NCBI RefSeq assembly: GCF_035187685.1
Contig: NZ_CP131022.1
Location: 290,217-354,216, forward strand
From: Phytoplasma sp.
Lineage (GTDB): Bacteria > Bacillota_I > Bacilli_A > Acholeplasmatales > Acholeplasmataceae
Direction of reading: 5' to 3'
DNA: 64,000 nt
Shown here: one piece after another, positions 21,420 to 29,927 of the stretch
Position numbering within the stretch: position 1 is the stretch's first letter
Layout: each line of letters opens with the position of its first letter
The notes under the pieces: model-generated
Database searches by the model: none
Seen by the model: only the letters and a program-made list of their open reading frames with translations
What the model was told of the DNA's origin: nothing
Translations under genes and position numbers: made by a program

Positions 21420-23426
21420 ATGACATCAGAAATAAAAAATAAAATTAAACATTTAACAGATACACTTGATAAAGCTAATTATGAATATTATCATTTGAGC
21501 AAAACAGAATTAATAGATCATCAATATGATGCTTTATTAAAAGAATTATTTTTGTTAGAGAAACGATATCCTGAATATAAACTTCCTTATAGTCCTACTT
21601 TAAAGGTAGGTGGTTTTTTAAGTTCTAAGTTTGAGAAAACAGAACATCTATTACCGATGTTATCTTTAGATAATGTATTTAATTTTGAAGAATTAAAACT
21701 TTTTTGTGAACGTGTATTAAAAAAAAATATTCCTTTTTGTTTTATTTTAGAACCTAAAATTGATGGCGTTGCAATTAATTTAAAATATAAAAAAGGTATT
21801 TTAGTTCAAGCTGCAACAAGAGGTAACGGTTATATAGGTGAATTAATAACTGATAATATTAGAACTATCAAAAATATCCCTTTAAAAATTAAGGAAGAAA
21901 TAGATTTAGAGGTAAGAGGGGAAATTTTATTTGATCACGATTCTTTTGAACAAATAAATAAAGAACAAAAAGCTAAAAATAAAATTTTATTTTCTAATCC
22001 TCGTAATGCTGCTTCAGGAACTTTAAGACAATTAAATTCTAATATAGTTGCTAATAGAAATTTATCTTCTTTTATTTATTCTATTGTTAATCCTCCTATT
22101 TTTATTAAAACTCAAGAACAAGTTTTAATATTTTTAAAAAAAATGGGTTTTTCTATTAACCCTTATTATGATGTTGTTTTTTCTTTTGAAGCTTTAAAAG
22201 AAAAAATCGATTATTATACAAAAATAAAGACAAATTTGCCTTATGATATAGATGGTGTTGTCATCAAAGTAAATGAATTAATATTTCATGATTTAATAGG
22301 TTATACAACTAAATTTCCTAAATGGGCTGTGGCTTATAAATTTAATTCTTTAAAGGGCGAAACAATAATTCGAAATATTGATTTTCAAATTGGTAGAACG
22401 GGAGTTTTAACTCCTATCGCTTATATTTTACCTATTATCATAGATGGTAGTTTATTATCTAAAATATCACTTCATAATTATGATTATATTCAAAAAAAAG
22501 ATCTTCGTATTAATGATTTTGTTGTAGTTCATAAATCAGGCTCTATTATTCCTGAAATTGTGGCAGTTGTAAAACAAAAAAGAACTAATCAAATTCCTTT
22601 TAAAATGATTTCTGATTGTCCTTTTTGTCATAAATCTTTAACGAAAAAAGATGAAGAAGTTGATTATTTTTGTTTAAATGACGATTGTGAAGAAAGACAA
22701 ATTAAAAAAATCATTCATTTTGTGTCTCGTGAAGCAATGGATATTAATGTTTTAGGAAAAAAAAGTTTAATTACTTTTTTTCAAAACAAGCTAATTAAAA
22801 GAATTTCTGATTTATATTCTTTAAAAGATAAATATCAACAATTAAAAATATTGCCTGGTTTTAAAGACAAAAAAATAATGAATATTTTAAACGCTTTAGA
22901 AGCCAGTAAAAATCAAACTTTTGATAGAATTTTATATGGTTTAGGGATTGATCACGTAGGTATTAAAATAGCTAAGTTATTAAATCATAAATTTCAACAT
23001 ATTACGAATTTAAAAAAAGTTACTTTTGAAGAATTAGTTCAAATTCCTGAAATAGGACCTGAAATAGCTCATAGTATTTGTAAATATTTTCAAAACGAAG
23101 ATAATATCAAAGAAATTGATTTATTACAATCTAAAGGAATTATTTTTGGAACTTTAAATAATCTAATTGAAAATGTTACGCTCGATAATATATTTAAAAA
23201 TAAAAAAGTAGTTTTGACAGGCATTTTTGAGAATTATTCAAGAAAAGAAATAACTGTTATTTTAGAAAAATGTGGTGCTTTTGTTCTTGATAATATTTCT
23301 CGAAAAACGCATTATTTAATTAAAGGTGTTAATAGCGGTTCTAAATTGCTAAAAGCTCGTTTGTTCAATATTAAAATAATAGATGAAAAAGAATTGAATT
23401 CTCTTTTGAATTTGAATAAATATTAA
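21420..23426 (+). CDS. ligA: NAD-dependent DNA ligase
   Basis: 668 aa. Adenylation motif EPKIDG, a Cys4 zinc finger (CPFCHKSL..DYFCLNDDC), an HhH region and a C-terminal BRCT-like domain. Confidence 0.92.
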   Translation: MTSEIKNKIKHLTDTLDKANYEYYHLSKTELIDHQYDALLKELFLLEKRYPEYKLPYSPTLKVGGFLSSKFEKTEHLLPMLSLDNVFNFEELKLFCERVLKKNIPFCFILEPKIDGVAINLKYKKGILVQAATRGNGYIGELITDNIRTIKNIPLKIKEEIDLEVRGEILFDHDSFEQINKEQKAKNKILFSNPRNAASGTLRQLNSNIVANRNLSSFIYSIVNPPIFIKTQEQVLIFLKKMGFSINPYYDVVFSFEALKEKIDYYTKIKTNLPYDIDGVVIKVNELIFHDLIGYTTKFPKWAVAYKFNSLKGETIIRNIDFQIGRTGVLTPIAYILPIIIDGSLLSKISLHNYDYIQKKDLRINDFVVVHKSGSIIPEIVAVVKQKRTNQIPFKMISDCPFCHKSLTKKDEEVDYFCLNDDCEERQIKKIIHFVSREAMDINVLGKKSLITFFQNKLIKRISDLYSLKDKYQQLKILPGFKDKKIMNILNALEASKNQTFDRILYGLGIDHVGIKIAKLLNHKFQHITNLKKVTFEELVQIPEIGPEIAHSICKYFQNEDNIKEIDLLQSKGIIFGTLNNLIENVTLDNIFKNKKVVLTGIFENYSRKEITVILEKCGAFVLDNISRKTHYLIKGVNSGSKLLKARLFNIKIIDEKELNSLLNLNKY

Positions 23427-23481
23427 AGTAATAATTATTCAAATTAATAACTAAATATTATATAAAAAAAGGTTATAATAA

Positions 23482-23826
23482 ATGAAAAATATTGGTGTGG
23501 ATTTAGTTGAATTAGAAGAAATTAAAAAAGTAGGAATAGATAAAATAGCTAATAGGATTTTGTCTAATGAAGAAAATTTAATATATCAAAAGATTAATCA
23601 TTTAACAAGAAAAATTAGTTTTTTAGCTGGCAGATGGGCCGCTAAAGAAGCTATTTTTAAAGCTTATCGTAAAGGTGATTACCAAAATAATTATTCTGAT
23701 TGGTCTATTTTGAATGATGAAGCATCTGGGTTTCCTTATGTCATAAATTCTTATTTAACTTGTAAAATTATGATTTCAATTTCTCATAGTAAAAATTATG
23801 CTTTAGCATTTGTTGTTTTATTATAA
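23482..23826 (+). CDS. acpS: Holo-ACP synthase (4'-phosphopantetheinyl transferase)
   Basis: 114 aa with GVDLVELEEI, RWAAKEAIFKA and ISISHS. Confidence 0.85.
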   Translation: MKNIGVDLVELEEIKKVGIDKIANRILSNEENLIYQKINHLTRKISFLAGRWAAKEAIFKAYRKGDYQNNYSDWSILNDEASGFPYVINSYLTCKIMISISHSKNYALAFVVLL

Positions 23827-23845
23827 TACCAATATTCAAATTTAC

Positions 23846-23871
23846 AAAAAAAAAAAAAAAAAAAAAAAAAA
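23846..23871. repeat. Homopolymer A26
   Basis: Counted directly. It lies between the acpS stop and the stop of the convergent minus-strand gene. On the minus strand a 6-bp hairpin (GAGTTT/AAGCTC) precedes the T26 run. Confidence 0.95.
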
Positions 23872-23877
23872 GAGCTT

Positions 23878-24873
23878 TTATAAACTCTTTTTTAAGGTTA
23901 ACTCTTTATATGGAATTTTTTTAGACAAAATATTTTTAATTGTATATTTTTTTTTAATGAAAAAAAATATAAATATGAAAATAGTTAGATTCATAATTAA
24001 CATAATAATTTGTTGCTTTTGTAATTTATTTTGTTCGTTTAATAAAGATGTTATTTTATTATTATTTGAATTTTGTTCTTCTTTTATTTTATCTTCTTGA
24101 AATATTTCTATAAAAAAATTTTTTAAATTTATTTTTATTTTTTGATATTTTTTAAAAGATTCTTGAAAATAAAAAGTGGCTCGATCATATTTATTATTTA
24201 TGTTTTCATTATTATTAATATTATTATTTGTTGAGTAATTATTTTCTGCTTCTTCTAGTATTAATTTCGCTTTATTAAATAAATTTGCTGCCGTTTCTTT
24301 TGTTTCTATATTTTCCATTTCTTGTTGTATTTCTTTTTTTATATTGATTGCACTTTCTTTATTATAAAAAAAATCATTTGTTTTATCTAAAAGTCTTTTT
24401 ATTTCTGTGATTTCTTTTTTTATTATTTCTCTGTTAACTAAAGTTTTATATTTTTTGATATTAGTTATACTTTTGTTATAATTTTGAAGTGAATTTTTTA
24501 ATAAAATAACAATTTGGTCTAAAAGGATTTCATTTGTTTCTTGTTGAAATGCTTTTTGTGCTTCTGTTAATTGACCTATAGCCGTGTTTTTATCATTTTC
24601 GTTTTCTATCGTTTGTATTGCATCGTCTAATAAAAAATTTTGAACGAAAGAATGATCGATTTTATTTTTTAATTTTTTAGCTATATTTAATTCTGTTTCG
24701 GCATTTCTCTTTTTTACTAAAATTTCCTCCAAAATTTTAGTAACTTTGCCTTCTTGAATTATTTGTGTTGCTTGGATTTTTTTACTAAAAATGTAGATGA
24801 AAACACAAAATATGCAATAATATAAAAAGTAAAGCAAAATTTTATTTTTGAGATATTTTTTTCGTATTAACAA
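23878..24873 (-). CDS. Surface membrane protein with Amp-like topology (N-terminal signal/anchor, long coiled-coil ectodomain, C-terminal TM anchor)
   Basis: 331 aa. N-terminal hydrophobic ILLYFLYYCIFCVFIYIF, a central E/K/N/Q-rich heptad-like region of about 250 aa, then C-terminal IIMLIMNLTIFIFIFFFI and a basic tail. TTG start with no clear SD. Confidence 0.5.
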   Translation of the reverse strand: MLIRKKYLKNKILLYFLYYCIFCVFIYIFSKKIQATQIIQEGKVTKILEEILVKKRNAETELNIAKKLKNKIDHSFVQNFLLDDAIQTIENENDKNTAIGQLTEAQKAFQQETNEILLDQIVILLKNSLQNYNKSITNIKKYKTLVNREIIKKEITEIKRLLDKTNDFFYNKESAINIKKEIQQEMENIETKETAANLFNKAKLILEEAENNYSTNNNINNNENINNKYDRATFYFQESFKKYQKIKINLKNFFIEIFQEDKIKEEQNSNNNKITSLLNEQNKLQKQQIIMLIMNLTIFIFIFFFIKKKYTIKNILSKKIPYKELTLKKSL

Positions 24874-24905
24874 TTTAGTAATTTTTTAATTATTCTCTTT
24901 TCTAA

Positions 24906-25014
24906 ATTTATTTTTATTTATTTTTATTTATTTTTATTTATTTTTATTTATTTTTATTTATTTTTATTTATTTTTATTTATTTTTATTTATTTTTATTTA
25001 TTTTTATTTATTTT
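24906..25014. repeat. Tandem repeat, 10-bp unit TTTTTATTTA, 10 perfect copies plus partial ends
   Basis: Read directly; perfect copies span 24911-25010. It begins 32 nt upstream of the start of the minus-strand gene 23878-24873. Confidence 0.95.
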
Positions 25015-25221
25015 AATGGATATTTTTTTTATAAAAGAATACATATCCAGATAATTATAACATATATAAAAATTATTTTAAGGAAAATAGCAAAATTTTA
25101 TGTAATATACAAATTTAATATAAAATAATGATACAATTATTTAGGATTTGAATAAAATTAAATATTAAATTATTTTATTATATTTTTTGAATTCAACACG
25201 AAAAGAGTATGTTATTGGCTT

Positions 25222-25737
25222 ATGAAAAAAGGTTTATTGTTTTTATATAATGGTTTCGAAGATTGTGAAGCTTTAGCAACAAGATCTTTTTTAAGAAAAA
25301 ATTTATTAGATGTTGTTACTTTTACTTCAAATGCTACTTTAGAAGTTTTTTCCTCTCAAAGACTTATGGTAAAGTCAGATTTATTTATTGATGAAATTCA
25401 ATTATCTGAATATGATTTTTTAATTATTCCAGGAGGTCCTTATGTCAAAAAAATATTAAAAGAAGATAAAATAAATTTAAATAAAATTTTAACAATTTTA
25501 AAATATTTTACTGATAATAGAAAAATTATTGGTGCTATTTGCGCTGCCCCTGCTTTATTAGGTAAATTAAATTTATTAGAAAATCACAAATTTACTTGTT
25601 ATCCAGGTTACGAAAAATATATAAAAGGTAATTATTGTCCTAACGAAAAAGCAGTTACTAGTGATATTTTTGTTACTTCTCGTTCTCCAGAAACAGTTTT
25701 TGATTTTATAGAACATTTGTTAAAAAAATTAAAATAA
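25222..25737 (+). CDS. DJ-1/PfpI (ThiJ) family protein
   Basis: 171 aa with DFLIIPGG and the nucleophile elbow IGAICAAPALLG. Confidence 0.8.
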   Translation: MKKGLLFLYNGFEDCEALATRSFLRKNLLDVVTFTSNATLEVFSSQRLMVKSDLFIDEIQLSEYDFLIIPGGPYVKKILKEDKINLNKILTILKYFTDNRKIIGAICAAPALLGKLNLLENHKFTCYPGYEKYIKGNYCPNEKAVTSDIFVTSRSPETVFDFIEHLLKKLK

Positions 25738-25849
25738 TAGATGTTTTATAGGATAAATAATGTTTTTGTATTTATTTTTTGAGGATAAGATAATATCTTT
25801 TATACTTTTTTAGCATATTAATCAAAATTACTAAATTTAGTAAAACTTA

Positions 25850-27358
25850 ATGTATTTAATTGCATTTATAGAAAGAAAATATATATTACTAATGAAAACA
25901 ATTAGCAATTCAGACATTACTTCTTTAGGTGAAAAAAAAAATAAAAAAATAATTATTTTAGGTTTTTCATTATCTTTAATTATAATGATTTTATTTTTGA
26001 TTTTAGTTCATGTATTTTTAAGTTATAATCATGGAAACATAGAATCACCTTGGCATAATTTTATGTCAATGTTATTATTTATCATGTTTTTTGCTGGCAT
26101 TCTAAAGTTTATAGGTTCTAAAACTCCTATTTTAAAAAATATAGGTGGCGGTCCTATTTTATGTTTGCTTATTCCTGCTTTTGTTTTTCATTATAATTTT
26201 GGTAATGATACTTTTCAAAATTTTCAAGAACAATTTATTAAAAAAGCTGATTTTTTTGGTAAAAACGATAAAAGCATTGGGTTTACTGATTTTTTTATAT
26301 CTTCTTTAATAGTAGGAAGTCTTATAGGCATTAAAAAAGAATTTTTAGGTAAAATGTTAAAAAAATTTTTGCCCTTAGTAATTATTTCTTTAACAATATC
26401 AGCTTTATTTGTTGGAACAATAGGTTTCTTTTTACAACCTATAAAAGGTTTAGGTGCGGCAAGCACTAAAAATAATTTTTTAGATTCTATATTTTATATT
26501 TTTATTCCTATTTCTTGTGGTGGTATTACTTGTGGTATAATTCCTTTATCTAAAATTTTTTCACAAGTCAACAATGGTGGAACAGAAGATGCTTTTAAAG
26601 CTCATATTTTGCCTTCTTTATTAATTGCGGGTATTTTCAGTGTTATTGTATCTGGTTTAATAAAAAAAATATGGGGTCAAAGTAAATATAGTAGTCCAAA
26701 TAAAATGTTAGAAAAAAATATGGCAACTGATAAAGAAAATATAAAAATAACTCCTGAAATTAAAAAGACAGAATTCAAAATTAGTTACGAAAATATTACT
26801 ACCGGTTTAATAGCTACTTTTTCTTTTTATATATTAAGCGGTATTTTAAGAGAAGGTGTATCAAAATTATTTCAATTTATACCTATTTTAAACAAAGTAT
26901 CTGCACCCCCGATTATTATTTTCTTAGTTATATTAGTAATAATTTTTAAATTTTTTGATTTAATTTCTGCTTATTATGTTAAATGTATTGATCAATCTTC
27001 TAAATTTATTACAACTAATTTTACATCTGCTATTTTCTTTTTATTAGGAATAGGAACGGATTTTAATAAAATAAAGGATTCTATGTTCAATTTATCTTTT
27101 GTTTTAATATGCTTATTATGTGTAATAATAACTGCCTTATCAGCTGCTATTATTGGTAATAAATTCGGATATTATCCTGTGCAATCTGCTATTTCTGCCG
27201 GTCTTTGTTCTAATAGTATTGGAGGAATTGGTAATATCGCTATTTTAGAAGCTTCAGATTCTATGGAATTATCTCCTTATGCTCAAATATCTACGCGTAT
27301 TGGTGGAGATATTATAGTTATATTAACTAGTATTTTGTTTCCGTTAATTTATTGTTGA
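25850..27358 (+). CDS. 2-hydroxycarboxylate transporter family permease (malate/citrate:cation symporter type)
   Basis: About 490 aa, polytopic. Paralog of 61478-62848, sharing for example GIIPLS/GGTNLG and SPYAQISTRIGGDIIVILTSILFP versus LPFAIISTRIVGALVFIITSF. ATG 25892 is an alternative start. Confidence 0.75.
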   Translation: MYLIAFIERKYILLMKTISNSDITSLGEKKNKKIIILGFSLSLIIMILFLILVHVFLSYNHGNIESPWHNFMSMLLFIMFFAGILKFIGSKTPILKNIGGGPILCLLIPAFVFHYNFGNDTFQNFQEQFIKKADFFGKNDKSIGFTDFFISSLIVGSLIGIKKEFLGKMLKKFLPLVIISLTISALFVGTIGFFLQPIKGLGAASTKNNFLDSIFYIFIPISCGGITCGIIPLSKIFSQVNNGGTEDAFKAHILPSLLIAGIFSVIVSGLIKKIWGQSKYSSPNKMLEKNMATDKENIKITPEIKKTEFKISYENITTGLIATFSFYILSGILREGVSKLFQFIPILNKVSAPPIIIFLVILVIIFKFFDLISAYYVKCIDQSSKFITTNFTSAIFFLLGIGTDFNKIKDSMFNLSFVLICLLCVIITALSAAIIGNKFGYYPVQSAISAGLCSNSIGGIGNIAILEASDSMELSPYAQISTRIGGDIIVILTSILFPLIYC

Positions 27359-27382
27359 AAATGATTTTATTTAATCAAATTT

Positions 27383-27456
27383 TATATTTAAATAATAAAA
27401 AGTTATATGATAAATAATATTTATTTAATCATATAACTTTTTATTATTTAAATATA
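27383..27456. terminator. 29-bp perfect inverted repeat between convergent genes (bidirectional terminator candidate)
   Basis: TATATTTAAATAATAAAAAGTTATATGAT (27383-27411) is the exact reverse complement of 27428-27456. The right arm overlaps the last 10 codons of the minus-strand gene. Confidence 0.7.
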
Positions 27457-28795
27457 AATCATATTCAATAATTGTACCATCTGAAGAAATACTTTTGAAT
27501 AATTCATCTGTTATTTTGTTATATTCATATCTAATATTTACTCCATTTGGCAATGTCTCTTCTGTTAATAATTCTTTTATAGAATCATATTTTTTAATTG
27601 TTCCGTCAGGTAAAATTTCTTTTATTAAATTCTTAGTGATAGGATCGAATTCTTTAATATGTTCATTTGGTAAAATTATTTTTAATAATATTTTGTTATT
27701 TAGGTCGTATTCTTTGATTGTTTTTATTTTAGTACCATTCGGATAAATTATTTGTTTGATTTCATTTGAATCATGTTCGAATTCTATTATATTTTGGTTT
27801 GGTAAAATTAATTTTAGTATTTTATGGTTGTCTTTGTCATATTCTATTATTGTTTCTAATATTTCTTTATTTGGTTTTATTTCTTTGAGTATAAAACCAG
27901 TAGAAACGTCATATTCTTGTATCGTTCCATCTTTCATAATTTTTTTAATTATTTTTCCTGTCAAAGGTTCATATATTATTACGTCGCCATTGGGAAAAAT
28001 TTCTTTTGTTAATTTATGGTAATATAAACCATATTCTTTGATATGCCCATTGTTGTAAATTATTTTAATTAATTTTTGAGAATTTAAACTATATTCTTTT
28101 ATTATTTTTTTATCTGACGTGATTTCTTGGAAAGAAAATGCATTATAATTTCTGATGTTTCCGTTAGGAAAGATTTCTTTTACTAAACAAGGTTTATATT
28201 CTTTGATAATCCCTTTTGAATTTATTTTTTGTAATAAATGACCTTTTTTAGCGTTGTATGTTTTTTGATATTTTAAATTTATTTTTTCATCATTCATTTT
28301 ATTATCATTTATTTTATTTTTAATAAAATATAATTCTTTGATCAAACCATCTTCTTTATAATCATATTCTTTAATATTATTTTGTTTATCAATAATTTTA
28401 TTTAATTGTTCTTTCTGGTAATCATATATTAATTGAAAATTATTATTTTTTGAAAACATTTTTATTATATTTTTATTTAAATCAATATATTCTATTAAAA
28501 GATCGTCTTCAGGAATTTTTTTATTTTCTAATAAAATTCCTGTAATAGGATCAAATTCTTGTATATGACCGTTAGGAGAAATTTTTTTTAATATTTTATT
28601 TGTAAAAAAATCTAATTCTTGTATATGGCCATCATCTAAAGTTATTTTTTTGATTAATTGTTCATTATTGGCAATTTTATTTATAATATTGTTTTTTTTA
28701 TTTTCTTTTAACTTATAAAAAAAATAAAATATGTTTAAAAAAAATATTATAAAAAAAAGTATACAAAAAATGTTATTATTTTTATTTAATTTCAA
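27425..28795 (-). CDS. Membrane-anchored protein built from about 18 tandem 20-22-aa repeats (MORN/YwqK-like pattern)
   Basis: 456 aa. N-terminal anchor IFCILFFIIFFLNIFYFFY, then a recurring motif such as SPNGHIQEFDPITGILLE, FPNGDVIIYEPLTGKIIKKI, KDGTIQEYDVSTGFILKEI and LPDGTIKKYDS. Confidence 0.6.
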   Translation of the reverse strand: MKLNKNNNIFCILFFIIFFLNIFYFFYKLKENKKNNIINKIANNEQLIKKITLDDGHIQELDFFTNKILKKISPNGHIQEFDPITGILLENKKIPEDDLLIEYIDLNKNIIKMFSKNNNFQLIYDYQKEQLNKIIDKQNNIKEYDYKEDGLIKELYFIKNKINDNKMNDEKINLKYQKTYNAKKGHLLQKINSKGIIKEYKPCLVKEIFPNGNIRNYNAFSFQEITSDKKIIKEYSLNSQKLIKIIYNNGHIKEYGLYYHKLTKEIFPNGDVIIYEPLTGKIIKKIMKDGTIQEYDVSTGFILKEIKPNKEILETIIEYDKDNHKILKLILPNQNIIEFEHDSNEIKQIIYPNGTKIKTIKEYDLNNKILLKIILPNEHIKEFDPITKNLIKEILPDGTIKKYDSIKELLTEETLPNGVNIRYEYNKITDELFKSISSDGTIIEYDLYLNNKKLYD

Positions 28796-29605
28796 CGAAT
28801 TGCCTTTCTTATCGTGTAGTCAATTAATTTAATAAAAAAATTTATAATAAAAAGCATTTTTATTATACATGAAAATTAATTCGTATAAATAACGAAAATT
28901 AAATAATTATTTTTAATAATATTTTTCGTGATTAAATAAATAAAATGAGTTGCTTTTGATATAATTGTACTATCTACAAGTATTTATAAATAATTGGGTT
29001 TTTAGGTTTATAATATTTTTTATTCCTTATTTATATAATATAAAAACTAAGTAATTATTTCTTTTTCATTTTTTTGTTTTTTTCTAAAATAAAAACCCAA
29101 AATTCTTATTTTATATTGTTTTTTTTGATTCGTTTAATATATAAATTTTTTTTGATTATAATTATTAGCAGTTATATCAACTTTTAAATGATAAAGTGAT
29201 AATTTGTAATCTTTTAAGAAATTAATTTGTTCTTGTACATTTTTTATTTGAGTTTTGAAATTTTTTATTTTTTCTTTTAATTGTATTATTTATTTTTCTT
29301 TATTTATGATTTGTTTTATATCTTTTTTTGGTCACAATTGATAAATTGTTTGAAGTAGATAATAAATCAATTGAATTTTTAAATTCAATATTTGTTTGTT
29401 GCTAATTATTAATAATTTTATTAGGGCGATAGATTTTTTCTAATTTTATATATTTTATGCCATTAGCCAAATAAACCCTATTTGGGCACTAGAAACAAAT
29501 TAGATAACTATTTTGATTGACTATGAGCATTTAATTTCGTTTTTAGATTTAATAATTAATTAAAGCATTATTTTGAATATTTTGTTTATTTTGATTATTA
29601 GTTGC

Positions 29606-29632
29606 AAAAAAAAAAAAAAAAAAAAAAAAAAA
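29606..29632. repeat. Homopolymer A27
   Basis: Counted directly. It sits in ORF-free debris about 300 nt downstream of the minus-strand sucrose phosphorylase gene. Confidence 0.95.
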
Positions 29633-29927
29633 GATCAACTATAATATATGTCGTGTATCGAAAGGAATTTGTCATTTAGATTCCACATTGCATTTGAATA
29701 TAATATCTATTTTTGTTCTAACAATTTGTTTTATATTTTGGATAATTTTTGATGCAAACGCATCTTTTATTATTTTCTAGGCGTTATAATAAATTATTTT
29801 ATTTTTCATTGTTTATTTTTAATCCTTATAATAAAGTTAAATAAAACATAAAAACACGTAATAATAGTTTTATAATCATTTCGTTTTCTTAAAATACAAA
29901 TAATTAATTAAGAAAATTTTTTAGGAA

